NCBI GenBank assembly: GCA_030324005.1
Contig: JARDVH010000193.1
Coordinates: 95,988,751 to 96,052,750 of the forward strand
Origin: Negaprion brevirostris
Lineage: Eukaryota
Reading direction: 5' to 3'
DNA length: 64,000 nucleotides
The notes beneath the pieces are model-generated. The model did not search any database. It saw nothing but the letters and a program-made list of their open reading frames with translations, and was not told the origin of the DNA. The position numbers were made by a program, and so were the translations under genes. Of the stretch, positions 38,166-51,739 are shown piece by piece. Numbering within the stretch: the first letter of the stretch is position 1; each line of letters starts with the position of its first letter.

Positions 38166-40762
38166 AAACTTAAGAACTGCAATAGAAATAAACATACAAA
38201 GTTTCAGTGCTGAGAGTATAGAAATGAAAATAAATGAATCAAGATAGATTTGATTTTCCATCACCTGATGTGACACAGTTATAGCTTATTGGTATCCTGC
38301 CAAGTCAGCACATATTGTTAGCATCGCTTATTAAAATGCCCAAAAGGATTTTGAATTTGCCCCATAAAATCCTGGTATTAAATCCTATATGATGTAATAA
38401 CATTTGTAATCTTTGGCCTTTCTTGGCACACCATTTATAACAATAAAACAGATATAACTTTACAGGGAATGCAATAAAATGTTTTAGTGAGATGCATACA
38501 GCCATCTTTTACAATTTTGATAATACTTATCCCATGGAAGTTTATAAAGATACAATACCCATAATAAATAGGGTTCCATAGAGTCTTCTCAAATTTCCAA
38601 CAACATTTTGCAAAATGATCTAAGACTATTGGTTATAGAATTTCTCCTCACTGAACAACAAGAGATTTTATAACTTGTGCTGAGAATGGTGAAAAGAGTT
38701 GAAACCCAGCAGTAACGATGGACTGAAGGGTCAGTCCTACTGGTTTTTGCAAGCCACACAGGTTGGTCTGGTTAGCATTAGGAATGCTGATATTTGTTTT
38801 AATGTGTGTGGCCTTTTGTTTCGTAGTACACAGCAACACAAAAAGAACCTTTGAACATTGCTTCATTGAGGGTAGGTTTCCAATTCTATTTTGTGATCGT
38901 GAGGTATATTGGGAATTTATTGCAGACGGATGGCTTATGAGTACCTTGGAGTGTATCAATGAACACGGGATTTAATTGAACTTATTAAAGGCCCATTGAG
39001 GCCTATTACTGAAGGCCAACTGGGATTTTCCACAGCCTCCAGATCCACATAGGTAGCAGGGGATAGACTTGTTGCCTAGGGTGACAGACTGGGGGGGTTG
39101 GGGCGGCAGGTAAGCTTAGAGGCACGTATAACCCCACTCCCCACCTCCAGCTTTAGCAACAGCCACAGACTGCCCTGGACAGAGGTTACCCATCCCCCTC
39201 CCCACATTGCATACAATGGGGCCCAGACTACTGATAAAATTGGGGAGTGGACGCCTCCATTTTGATTGACCTCTATCATACATCAGCATTCTGCTGCTTA
39301 TAAGCTGGAGAACCTCCTATGGGGTCTTTAGTGTTGAGAGTCTCTCCACTGCTCTTAGTTGAATGGTGAGCCCACCTTTTGCTCAATAATTGCATAATTT
39401 GTGGAAGATAACAGGGTCGAATAGCTGCTTCTCAAAGTGAAGCTGGATTTTCATTCTTGGAGTAAGTAGCGGGAGCAGGGAAAATTCCCAGTTCAGCCTG
39501 CCCACCTCAGGAGAAAGTGCCTGCAAGGAAGGGATGTTCATTATCCTTGCGGGTGCCAGCTGACCCAGGAAAAGTTCGGCAGTAGCTACAGGGGATGTCA
39601 GATGTGGAGACAACCTCTTTAAAAGACATTAAAGGATTTCTGTGCTCTCAGCCAAGCATTCATGATGAAGCTTGACTGAGAGCCTAAAAATCCATTCACT
39701 TGTTGAAACAGCAGGACCCTGGAAAAAATATTGCTTGATTGACGGCTCTGGCTCTCTGATCCATGCTGTCAATTTCACAATGTTTATTTGCTCACTCAGG
39801 ATAGAGAAGTTTCACATACTTGCAGTTTGAACTATTGATACAATATAGGGTCTGAATGATTGCCATTTTAAGTGTTTTTTTAAAGTCAGTCGAAAATTAT
39901 CAATTCATTATTTTTTAAAAGATTTTTCTTTACACACTTTACTGTCACTACAGGGTTCATTGGTCCTATACAGAGTACAGTGGTGTCAGTGAGTGGCATA
40001 CCTTGGTATGGGTGGGTGAATATAGGAGGACCTTTATCTTTCAAATGTTCCTTCATGCAAACCATGTTCATTACATCTTTGAGATGCCGTGAGCCACAAT
40101 GCCTTGAAACACTGGTCTAATTCCAGGAAAATTACAGAGGTCAAGTACATGCCTAGTCCACAATGGAGCCAGTTGTGTCCAGAGTGCAGGGTGCAGGCTC
40201 ATGACTGGAACCAGCTCTCATCCTTAACAGGCGTTCCTGAAAATTAGAAGGCCTGGGAATGGGTTCGGGAATCATGGAATTGGACCCAGCCACCATTTCT
40301 CTTTAGAGAAAGCCCAGCTGATAGCGTGGGCTTCTGACCCCATCTGATCCTGACAATGGGGATCAGAAAATTGCAGAACAAACCCTGCCCCAGGTGCACT
40401 TTCTCTGAGCCCTCAACTCCCTAACTACGTCAATAGATAGAGGAAAAATATCAGAAAGCAGGTTTGATTCTGGCTCGTGGTGTGAGGAAGTTCAGAGTTT
40501 CATTTTGTTTTAGGTGAAATGACAAGCCCTGATTAAGTTTGGAATTATCTGAGAGTGAATTGGAGATCATTTCGATCGGACCTCTGTACCTCCAAGTTAC
40601 TATCATTAAGGTGAAGCATTGAGCTGGTCAAATGCTGATAGCTTTTTCACTGGATCCAGAACTTTGTAAACAACAGAAGCGGTGTGTGATGGGGATAATC
40701 ATCTCCTCGAGAAGTCCGCTATGAAGTGTTCTGGAAAATATTGCACTGACAGGGAAATTAGT

Positions 40763-41100
40763 GGGTGGAATTTTCCCGGAATTTGGCAAAGGCTAATAAT
40801 GGGCAGGAAAAGCAACATCAACAGTGCAGTGCTGGATGTAGGAGCATCAAAGGGAGCGTCCCATGATGTAATGCTGGTGGGGTGGCCTCTGATTCACCCA
40901 CCCTGCCTGCAATGAGGTCCCCCAAAGATTCGGGTGCCATTTTTAAAAGTCGCTCAGTGCAAATCAGTTCACCTGGATCCCCCTGCACAACCCCTTGGCA
41001 TTGTCCCTTGGCAGTGGTTGGATGTTTTCTCCCCTGAACGCTGCACTCGTGAGCTTTCCAAGTGTCTGCCTTGGGAGACCAGTTGTGATTCAGGCTGTTC
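40763..41100 (+). mobile_element. Left part of a Harbinger-like element
   Basis: Starts gggtggaattttccc, the same TIR as the MITEs, followed by a GC-richer interior. Confidence 0.5.
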
Positions 41101-43019
41101 TACCCTCATGCCAACATGGATGGATTATCTGATAGGGGTGGGGGACTGATTCAAGCTTACAATGGACCTGATAATGTATTCATATGATATTCCGGATGTT
41201 GAACATCGGGAAAGGCACTGCGTCACTGACGGGGAGAGGGCACAAACACGTAAGAAGTTTACATCGGAGCAAAATGTGATGTGGGAGCCCTTGCAAGATT
41301 CTCCATTCCTGTTGTCGAACCTACCTGNNNNNNNNNNNNNNNNNNNNNNNNNNNNNNNNNNNNNNNNNNNNNNNNNNNNNNNNNNNNNNNNNNNNNNNNN
41401 NNNNNNNNNNNNNNNNNNNNNNNNNNNNNNNNNNNNNNNNNNNNNNNNNNNNNNNNNNNNNNNNNNNNNNNNNNNNNNNNNNNNNNNNNNNNNNNNNNNN
41501 NNNNNNNNNNNNNNNNNNNNNNNNNNNNNNNNNNNNNNNNNNNNNNNNNNNNNNNNNNNNNNNNNNNNNNNNNNNNNNNNNNNNNNNNNNNNNNNNNNNN
41601 NNNNNNNNNNNNNNNNNNNNNNNNNNNNNNNNNNNNNNNNNNNNNNNNNNNNNNNNNNNNNNNNNNNNNNNNNNNNNNNNNNNNNNNNNNNNNNNNNNNN
41701 NNNNNNNNNNNNNNNNNNNNNNNNNNNNNNNNNNNNNNNNNNNNNNNNNNNNNNNNNNNNNNNNNNNNNNNNNNNNNNNNNNNNNNNNNNNNNNNNNNNN
41801 NNNNNNNNNNNNNNNNNNNNNNNNNNNNNNNNNNNNNNNNNNNNNNNNNNNNNNNNNNNNNNNNNNNNNNNNNNNNNNNNNNNNNNNNNNNNNNNNNNNN
41901 NNNNNNNNNNNNNNNNNNNNNNNNNNNNNNNNNNNNNNNNNNNNNNNNNNNNNNNNNNNNNNNNNNNNNNNNNNNNNNNNNNNNNNNNNNNNNNNNNNNN
42001 NNNNNNNNNNNNNNNNNNNNNNNNNNNNNNNNNNNNNNNNNNNNNNNNNNNNNNNNNNNNNNNNNNNNNNNNNNNNNNNNNNNNNNNNNNNNNNNNNNNN
42101 NNNNNNNNNNNNNNNNNNNNNNNNNNNNNNNNNNNNNNNNNNNNNNNNNNNNNNNNNNNNNNNNNNNNNNNNNNNNNNNNNNNNNNNNNNNNNNNNNNNN
42201 NNNNNNNNNNNNNNNNNNNNNNNNNNNNNNNNNNNNNNNNNNNNNNNNNNNNNNNNNNNNNNNNNNNNNNNNNNNNNNNNNNNNNNNNNNNNNNNNNNNN
42301 NNNNNNNNNNNNNNGACTCAAAAGGATAAGGTAAAGGGTTGCATTTGGGAACAGTCAAGCCATGATGTTTCTTTACCAACTGACAACTGCCTTTCACTCT
42401 TCAAAGCAGTAAAGAAGAAGCTTCTGATTTGAACGTATTTCCCTCAGGGAGCATCCCATTGACCCACCTTCATTGTTGATAGCAGAGCATCCATTTGCTA
42501 GGAATACGCTCTTGGAATGCTTTTGCTTCCATCAAAAATGGAGAGAAGTTTACAAACTAATTAAGGCAGTGAGAGAGGAAAAGGAACTAAAACAAGAGCA
42601 ATTGAAAAGGAGAAGATGGGTAGCTTGATTAAAATGGAAACAGGAAAGGCAACCCAATCTGTAATTCCCACCCACCATTTTAAAGGTTGAAATATCTCAG
42701 AGTGAACATACAGAAGCTCTTCACAGAGAATCAAAACAGAAAATCCTGGCCAGAACTGTACCAGTAATCAGAAAAAGAGAGCAAACAAACACCAGACCAA
42801 GGATGCCAGCTTTCCCCACTGATAGTGTGTTCAGCTAAAAGTCCTGATCTCAAATGCCAATCACCCTCTCCTCACTTCAGACACAACAGATATATACAAT
42901 ATAACCAGGACCCCAGCTATGGCTAGGAACTTAAATATTCCAATTGCTGTTCAGACCCAAGTTAGGCTTGGGAAGAAATCTTCCATGACCTGGCTGGTGG
43001 GTTTAATGGTGGGTTTAAT

Positions 43020-43064
<45 letters not shown>
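43020..43064. repeat. (GT)n microsatellite preceded by ggtgggtttaat x2
   Basis: Read directly from the sequence. Confidence 0.95.
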
Positions 43065-43067
<3 letters not shown>

Positions 43068-45107
43068 GTGAGGGGGGGGGGGACAGTATTTGATGGGAGT
43101 CCAAAAACTGATATTACGCTGACGTGAACTTCCACCTGGGTCTTCCGCTGGCGTCTGCTATGTCGGTTTAGGAAACCGACTCCAGGCCGGTGTGAAACTG
43201 ATTTCCATCCCGCTAATGGGATGCAGGTGAAAGCCCAACCAGAATCCTCCATCCATTCCCAATTCTCCATGATGTTGGTGGGAAAACATACTGGTCCAGA
43301 ACCTGTCAGGAGCAACATAGGGTGCCAAAGTCAGGACTTGCCTGAACCTATGCCAGGGGCTGTATCTGGAGTTTGGGATGGAGGCTGCCAGCAACCCAGG
43401 ACCCCAGAACACCATGGATGAGGTGAGTATCCATTTCAGTGTCATCGAGACGGTCCACCTTCCAGCCTGGAGATCCATCTTCTTTTGTAAGAGGTCCCTC
43501 TTCTTCCTTCAACAGTGGGTCTGTGAGATTGGAAGCCTTTCAGTATGCCACCCAGATCTGGTGGCTGGACTCAGACCCTCATGCCCACCTCACAACAGAG
43601 TCTGGTGCTAAGCCCCCGGTGCATAATTAGTGAATTGGTGCCAGAAATATAATGGCGTGGTTTGCCTCCAGCCTCAGCAATGGGACTGAGTCCCAGGTGG
43701 GATTATTCTGGCCATAATGTTCCAGCAGTCTTTGTCGATAGTTGCTGGATCACTGCAGAAATTAAACAGGGAGATGGGAGTGTGGGGGAAGAATGGAAAT
43801 TGGGGAAAAAAATTACAACAAGAAGTTCCGGGCTGCCCTTGTTGATAGAACTCGAAAACAGAGATGAGAAGGAAAAGTATAGCTGGCATTGGGGGCCATA
43901 TTATTAGCGATACATAACAAAGGTATCTTTCAATGCGTCAAAAATTAAGTCTGGTAAAAACAAATTATAAATCACAGCTACCTGCTATTTCAACAGTGAA
44001 TACAATACCTCAGGCTGCCCACATAGATTGTGAAAATTGGCTTGCAACCCAGAAATTCCCCACACTAAATAGCCTGTAGAGAGAGAGCATCAAAACAGTG
44101 CTGGCTGTTTTTAACAAGCTGTCCAATTTGTACATTTACTTGGTTTGTGTTGTTTTGCATTAGCCAGAGAATAGAACAAAAAGCGTTAACCATATCTTCG
44201 GAGTGGTATCCTGTACCTCTGAGTGTCTGTGTATCCAATTTGTTTAACTGCAAAAGTAACAGTATAATTGCCAGTACATTGGTTCCCTTTATTTGATCAT
44301 GAAACTGTATATCGGGCTGTAATGGCTGCTGTATGTTGTGCATATTTCAACCCCTCATAAATTTCAAATTGATTAACAACACAAGGAAACATAGTTTGAC
44401 CTGGTTCTTTGATCACACATGCAGAAAATATCCATAAACATTCTGTATCAAAGGGAAATGAGCCTTTTTTTCCAAGGTTGTTTTTGTGTATGCGTGATCA
44501 AAGTGGCTCCAGTAATTATTATAAAGAACAAGCCTCTTTACTGTAGAATTTCATTTTTGCACTGTACTTAGAATTTAATAGCTTCTTTTTTTCCATGTAT
44601 ACTCTGGTGGCTGATTGTAAACCTATTGTTCCTCAACAGACTTTTCCAAAGAGTTAAAATGATTCCTGTTGACCGGTCGCACAGCAACAAACTTTTCTCC
44701 TATAGTCCTCAGAGAAACAGTCAGGATTATTCCTTTTGATTGCATTTTCATGCAAAAACTCTTTTCAGTCTGTTTAGTACTAAACTACATCCAACTTGGG
44801 TCACATTGTAACCAATATATTCTGAGAATCCTAAGTGTGGAACCATTTAGATACACAAGCTTTAAAAAACTTGTGGCAAGCACCTAATATCTCTAAAGAC
44901 GATACATTACCGTAGGAGCTCTGGGTTAGGTTTACGGTTGGTGCCATTTTCTGGGTTTCTGGGGCTCTTTTACCAACTATGCCAAAGATGAATTGGCAAA
45001 CTCTTATGGATATTCAGCCTTACCCTCTTCACCCAAACACTTTGTAAGACCTGAATTTCCAATTCTTTCAATGCAAACGCTCAATTTCTTCAAAGAGCCC
45101 ATTTTCA

Positions 45108-45230
45108 TGGCTGGAATTTTCCAGCTCTGCCACCAGTGGGATCGTCCAGGTGCCACCAAAAATCCATGGATTTTCGTTTGGCTTGCCACGGGCCCAGCCT
45201 CGGCATGTTCACCCGGCAGTAAGGATACTT
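45108..45230 (+). mobile_element. Decayed Harbinger-like MITE
   Basis: ggctggaattttcc TIR; a related partial element with the same TIR type lies at 49269-49355. Confidence 0.5.
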
Positions 45231-45574
45231 AATTTGCCAGCAAGAAAAGAACTAACTTCACAAAGTAAATCAAAGAGAAAAGTTTAATAAAGAAACTTCA
45301 TTGCACTAACTGTCAGACCATGCAAGCTCACCGCAATGCCCACCTGCATCGGCTGACCGCCACATCATCTTGCCATTGGTTACATTATTTCCCAGGCCAG
45401 ATGACCTTCACGGCATGTTAACACTGGAATCTGATATAATGTAACCAATGTTAACACTGGTTACATTATAACATATTATGGCTTCTGTCTTGCCCTCCCC
45501 AACGTCCTACGCGTCTCTTCCTTCCTTTACCAACCATTTGTGAGCATAACTTGAGTCACTGAGACCCCCATGAT

Positions 45575-45780
45575 CTGCAATTCCCACTCTAAACCTTTGT
45601 CACCTAAGCATCCCCTTTCTATCTTTAAGGGTCTGATTAAATCCCACCACTTTGACCCAGTCCTTCTGATATCCCCTTTTCTGGCTTGATGTCTGCTTAT
45701 TTCTGATTCTCTTTAAAGTGCCTTGCCGTGTTTTGCTGTGCTAACGTTGTTGTGTAGATGTAAGCTATTATTGTTGTTAT
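45575..45780 (+). mobile_element. L2-like LINE 3' end
   Basis: Homologous to 15705-15925; ends in a (tgt/tat)n tail. Confidence 0.55.
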
Positions 45781-46371
45781 TGTTTTTAAGGTCTAGTACA
45801 TTGTTCTGCAGTACCTGGTGAGAATGTTTTGTTCTAGTGTCACTTGTGAGCGACCTAGATTAATGAATGGGCATTATGTGTGGAAACTAATCCATAAGCA
45901 TCCTAAACTCCTCGTGATTATTTTCTATGTGAAAGAATAGTCAAGCAGGCAAGAAGATTAACAATCATGGCTATTAAACAAACTGGGCCATTCTCCTGGA
46001 AAGCTATTCTGTGTGAGGGAGAACTGAGAGCAGACAGGGACAAGTAACAAAAAGTAACATATCATAATGTTTATATCATAATGAACAGAGTGTTCTTGTA
46101 AAGAACTGGGAATTGAAAACAATTAACATTAAGAAATAACAAGATCATTTTCTAATAGATGAGGACATTTTCTAGTAAATGGGCTTTAGCACTGACTGAG
46201 ATTAGTTGTTGTTTCTGCTGCAGGTATTTTATAGTTCTGACAGTAAGGGATTTATTTTATTGAAAAATTATTTTGGTGCGTTTCAGGACTAGGGATGTTA
46301 CTGTGGTTTGAGCACTGGTTTTGGGGGTCAGGTGCTCCCAGGTGCAAAATATATTTCCATCTACATCTGTC

Positions 46372-46607
46372 AAACATAAGAACATAAGAAATAGGAGCAG
46401 GAGTAGGCCATCTAGCCCTTCGAGCCTGCCCTGCCATTCGATAAGATCATGGCTGATCTGAAGTGGCTCAGTTCCATTTTCCCGCTTTCTCCCCATAACC
46501 CTTAATTCCCCTGTCTATCAGAAACCTACCTACCCGTGACTTAAACATATTCAGCGAGGTAGCCTCCACCACTTCAACGGCCAAAGAATTCCAGAGATTC
46601 ACCACCC
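46372..46607 (-). mobile_element. Young CR1 3' end
   Basis: RVVNLWNSL...FKSRVGRFL; tail (cataagaa)n; near-identical to 56182-56260 in reverse. Confidence 0.9.
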
Positions 46608-47482
46608 TTTTTAAAACGCTTTTAAAATGCCGCTGATTCATACTGTACCTCAACTGAAAAAAACCGCATGGTCTCCTTTATCAGAATATGTCTCTTCTTT
46701 ATATCCCACTCATCAGCTAACAGGGGTCAGTTCTGTGCAACCTCTTTGCTCTCTTTGTTTCCGAGTAGTTTAAATGTATTTTTAAATATAGAATTGTGCA
46801 GGCTAGAACAAACACCATTGTGCCTGCGTCGTCTCTTTGAGGAAGTTTTCTAATTAGTTCCAGATGCACACCCTACAACCCCCCACTAGCCCTCCCTCCC
46901 CCCTCTAGCGAGGCTAATGTTTCCCTCTCAAGTACACATCCAATTCTCTTTTGGAACTCACAACTGAAACTGTTTCAGGTAATACATTCATAACGCATCA
47001 AAAAAAAAATTTCCTCCAGTATCACTGTTTTTCTTCCGATTACTTAAATCTGTGTCCTCTTACCAGTGGAAACAATTTCTCCTTATCCACTCTACTAAAA
47101 GCCCTTACGATTTTGAACCTCTCTATTATGTCTCCCCATAACCTTCTTTGCTCAAACCTTTAACATGTGGATAACTGAGTGGCTGCAAAAGGGTTTGTTT
47201 TTCTCATGAGAAGTACGCTAGGTTCCTATACAGAGTGGAGGTTAAGCACTTTGTTATCTGGAGAGAAGGATTGTCTGGAGACAAGTCAGTCTAAATATGT
47301 GCATGTTGGCTCCCTGGAGTGCAATCCAGTCAGTCCCATGCCCCTGACCCTACAACTTTATTTCCCTCAAGTACATATCAAATTTACTTTTCAGATCATT
47401 CACTGTCTCTGTTTCCACCACCCTCTTAGGTAGCAAGTTCCAGTTCATTGTCATTCATTGTGTAAAAATAGTTCTTGCATGT

Positions 47483-47795
47483 GGGTGGCACGGTGGCACA
47501 GTGGTTAGCACTCACACCGCCAAGGATCTGGGTTCAATTCTGGCTTTGGGTCACTGTCTGTGTAGAGTTTGCACATTCTCCCCGTGTCTGTGTGAGTTTC
47601 CTCCGGGTGCTCCGGTTTTCTCCCACAGTCCAAAAATGTGCGGGTTAGATGGATTGGTCATCTTAAATTTATCCTAGTGTCGGGAGGATTAGCAGGGTAT
47701 ATATGTGGGGTTGCAGGAATAGAGGCTGCATGGCATTGTGGTCGGTGCAGACTTGATGGGCCGAATAGCCTCCTTCTGTACTATTATGATTCTAT
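47483..47795 (+). mobile_element. Full-length HE1/V-SINE-like SINE, tail type A
   Basis: ggcacggtggcacagtggttagcac (A box), gggttcaattc (B box), V-domain, tail gatgggccgaatagcctccttctg; followed by a CR1 tail at about 47800-47905. Confidence 0.9.
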
Positions 47796-48483
47796 ATGGG
47801 GGGAAGGCGGGATCAGTCCATTGAGCTGGATGATTAGCCTTGATCATAATGAAAGGTGAAGCAAGCTTGAAGGGCTGAATGGCCTACTCCTGCTCCTATT
47901 TTCTATAAACATCTTTCTTCACTCTTCCTTGGGCTTATTGAGATTCCACCTGCAAACAGTCTCCTACATGTCCTATACTTTTGCAGGTGATGGATTGTTC
48001 CCTGTTACACCGACTACTGGATCCCCCTGAACGTTTGCTCCTTTTGGCCACATTTCCACATCAGCCTCAGAGAATTTAGTTACTTGTCCTTTCGATCCAC
48101 CAGTTCAGCTGTCATCAACAAGCCTGCTCAATGCTTTAAATGTACGCAGCCCATTCCTTTCCTGAAATGTTCTGGCTTCTCTGACATGTCTGGTCCACTG
48201 CCCATCGGCCTTTCACACTTGGCCAGTCCGCCATTATCTAAATTAACCGACTACAGGATGTCTGATGAAGATTGATAGGCCTCCACCAATTTTGGTGGGT
48301 ACAAACCGCTCCAACTCACACATCTGGGAGCCTGAATTTTTAGATTGACAGCTGGCAAAGCCAATATAATGTTCCTCTCCTTTTAGCCAAGTGACAGAAA
48401 CTCTGTGTTGAGCTATCAGATTGGCTGAATGAGAAGGCTGGAAGGACCAAATGGCTGATTCCAACTGCTATTTTCTATGATTT

Positions 48484-48697
48484 CTTATTTATTAGTGTCA
48501 CAAAAAGGCTTACATTAACACTGCAATGAAGTTACTGTGAAAATCCCCCAGTCACCACACTGTTCGGGTGCACTGAAGGAGAATTTAGCATGGCCAATGT
48601 ACCTAACCAGCACGTCTTTCGGACCATGGGAGGAAACTGGAGCACTTGGAGGAAACCCATGCAGACACAAGGAGAACGCACAGACAGTGACCCAAGC
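48484..48697 (-). mobile_element. HE1/V-SINE-like SINE, tail type B
   Basis: Reverse complement of the 8561 copy (tgtcaca...ggcttacattaacactgcaatgaagttactgtgaaaatcccc). Confidence 0.85.
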
Positions 48698-49523
48698 TNN
48701 NNNNNNNNNNNNNNNNNNNNNNNNNNNNNNNNNNNNNNNNNNNNNNNNNNNNNNNNNNNNNNNNNNNNNNNNNNNNNNNNNNNNNNNNNNNNNNNNNNAA
48801 GGCCTTGCTCAGTGCCCTGGGACTTTGTCCCAGTTACAATAAAATCAGTAAGACAAGAAACAGCTGTTTAGCTCTTAGCCCCACACTCTCCCCGTGTCAC
48901 ATCATGCATCTACCCACCCATACGTATGGTCCGTCATATCCTCCATACTAAGCTATGCCCCTCCACTCACCCCCGTGGACCCTTAAGCCCTTCATGCCAA
49001 GCTATGAAATTCACCCACTATACCCTTGGTGCAGAGCTAATGAACCTTATAGTATCAATACAGTGTGTATAAANNNNNNNNNNTTCTTATTTAAGCTGAT
49101 TTCTCTGCATCCCTATAATCCAGACATAGCAATAGCAGAAACTGCAGGTACTTGGCACCTTTTTATCTTGTGTGAATCAACATTGTGTAATTGACAGAAT
49201 AGATCACTGAGCAAGAGCTGTCAATCAAGCAGTGTTTTTCCCTGGGCCGCAGCTGTTTCAACAGGCTATGGGCAGGATTTTCACACCTCCTCACAGTACG
49301 TCCTCCAGTGGCAGAGGTAGCTCGCCATTGGCTACCAGTGGGATTTTCTGGCTGATTACCTATAAAATAGAATNNNNNNNNNNNNNNNNNNNNNNNNNNN
49401 NNNNNNNNNNNNNNNNNNNNNNNNNNNNNNNNNNNNNNNNNNNNNNNNNNNNNNNNNNNNNNNNNNNNNNNNNNNNNNNNNNNNNNNNNNNNNNNNNNNN
49501 NNNNNNNNNNNNNNNNNNNNNNN

Positions 49524-49816
49524 CTCACAGAGCCAGGGACCTGCTCGATTCCCCGCTTGTGCCAATGTTTGTGTGGCGTTTGCACATTCTCCCTGTGTCT
49601 GTGTGGGTTTCCTCCAGGTGCTCTGGTTTCCTCCCACAGTCCAAAAATGTGTGGGTTAGGTGGATTGGCTATGCTAAATTCCTCTTAGTGCAGGGGAGGG
49701 ATTAGCTGGGACAAATTCATGAGGTGATGGGGTTAAGGTCTGGGTGGTATTGTGGTCGGCGCAGGTTCGATGGGCCGAATGGCCTCCCTTTGCAGTGTAG
49801 GATTCTATGATTCTAT
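49524..49816 (+). mobile_element. HE1/V-SINE-like SINE, tail type A
   Basis: V-domain plus gatgggccgaatggcctcc...gattctatgattcta. Confidence 0.9.
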
Positions 49817-50569
49817 TGCATCTTACCCAATACTATGAATTTACCGTCACTGTGTCCATATGTAGCAATTTGCAGAACATGTTAATGAGGGCTGAGGCAG
49901 TCAACAAAATTTGCACAGTGTTATAAATAACTAACGGGATATTTTCCTGTCAAAATAACAATATTACATGTTGCTTTTAAAATAAAATTTGTAGTTTCTG
50001 GCTTGGTTAATAGTCATGGTGGAGTCACTTATAGGGCACTCAAACTAACACTGCATTATATCGTTGCTGCTCTTAATATTAATAACCCATACTGCATGTA
50101 TATTGGATGATATTTGTAACAAGATGCCAACAATCGGCATTTCATTTGACTAGAACCTGATGAATTGATTCATGAATCTTGAAAGGGGGGAAAAAATACC
50201 ATGCATGATTTCGGGAGAGGTTAAACTGGCCAGGGTGGGTGTGGAAGGAATAAGAGGTCAGGAAACAAGAGAAATATCAGGGCTTATGACTTTGCTCCCT
50301 AGCACCAATCTGCTGCCCTCGTCCTTCTGTGTGATAGAGGTCATCAGTTTGGAAGATGCTGTCAAAGGAGCCTCGGTGAGTTACTGCAGTGCGTCTTGTA
50401 GATGATACACACTGCTGTCACACTGCACGCACGATAGAGAGATTGAATGGTTGTGATCTTTCCTCCTCATCCATTTAAAATACATTCCCTGCTCAGCCGT
50501 TAGCCTTATACGATTCTCCCGTCCACCCTAGGATTTACAAAGCAGGGTCTGGACTTCTCAGTGGCGACG

Positions 50570-50872
50570 TAGAATCCCTACAGTGCAGAAAGTGGCCTTT
50601 GGACAATTGGGTCTGCACCAACCACAATTCCACCCAGGCCCTTTCCCCATAACTCCACTTATTTACCCTGCTGACACTAAGGGGCAAATTAGCATGGCCA
50701 GTCAACTTAACCTGCCTATCTTTGGACTGTGGGAGGAAACTGGAGCACCTGGAGAAAACCCATGCAGACACGGGGAGAATGTGCGAACTCCATTCAGACA
50801 ACTGCCCGAGGCCAAAATTGAACCCAGGTCCCTGGCGCTGTGAGGCAGCAGCATTAACTACTGTGCCACCCT
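50570..50872 (-). mobile_element. HE1/V-SINE-like SINE, tail type A
   Basis: Reverse complement of the 47483 and 49524 copies. Confidence 0.9.
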
Positions 50873-51611
50873 TGGCAGTTGTGGTTTCATATCCAATGTA
50901 ACAATAATATAATGACCACATGGGCAGAGTACAGATGTGCCACAACACAAGTCTTTGGCCCCACTCCCTTCCAATACAATCTCCCTACTTTCTCTCAAGT
51001 GCTAGAAAACCCCTCAGTCCCCAGCACCTGGTTTCTCCTCCCTTTCTTTGTACTCTGGAAATGTGGGAGGTGATTGGAAGAAAGAAACGTAAGATGTGAC
51101 TTATGAACAGAGAACGGAAAAAAGAAAGAATGGAGAGACACACTAGAGTACAGACAGGAAGAGGAAACATATAAAGAGGGAAGAAAGAAGAGGGAGGATT
51201 AGAACTGGAATCAAATAAAGAGATACAGAGATGACAAGAGAAAGTTTAACAGCTAAAGATGGTGTGGTGATTGCCCTTTAAGGGCAGCACAGCAGAGACT
51301 GCATCTTTAGAGTGGGTGAAAAAAAATACACTGGAAGACCACAGAATAAGAGGCTAACAAAAAATTAGACAAAGTTACATGAAGAAAGAGATAATTTTCT
51401 TCTGTTTCCTCCCCGATGAACAACAAATTTTACTTAAGATCAAGAAAAGCTCTTTATTTAAACCGCAAGAGAATTATTAATCCTTTTTTCATTTTCCTTG
51501 AGAAAAGAAAGTCTAGTACAGTATTACACAATGTATTCTAGGTAGAGTGCGCATGTGCTGAACATCACTCAGAATATCACACTGCTTCATCCTCATGATA
51601 TCAAGGTGTAT

Positions 51612-51739
51612 GGCGGAAATTTTCCGGCCATTCATGCCGGTGGGATTCTGTGGTCCTGCTGCAGTGAATGGAGAGGGGCAAATTCTCTGTCCTTGGTTGC
51701 AGGGGCAGCGGGGTGTGAATGACCAGAAAATTTTGGCCA
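51612..51739 (+). mobile_element. Harbinger-like MITE, family 2
   Basis: ggcggaaattttc...gaaaattttggcca with TAT on both flanks; core gctgcagtgaatggaga. Confidence 0.7.

Noticed and set aside
47483-47560. tRNA gene
   Set aside because: The A/B boxes belong to a SINE head that continues into the V-domain; there is no complete cloverleaf. The same applies to 8561, 29767 and 53358.
50155-50190. CTGATGA...GATTCATGAATC...GAAA hammerhead-like string
   Set aside because: No stem III/NUH site or stem I pairing follows GAAA; probably chance.
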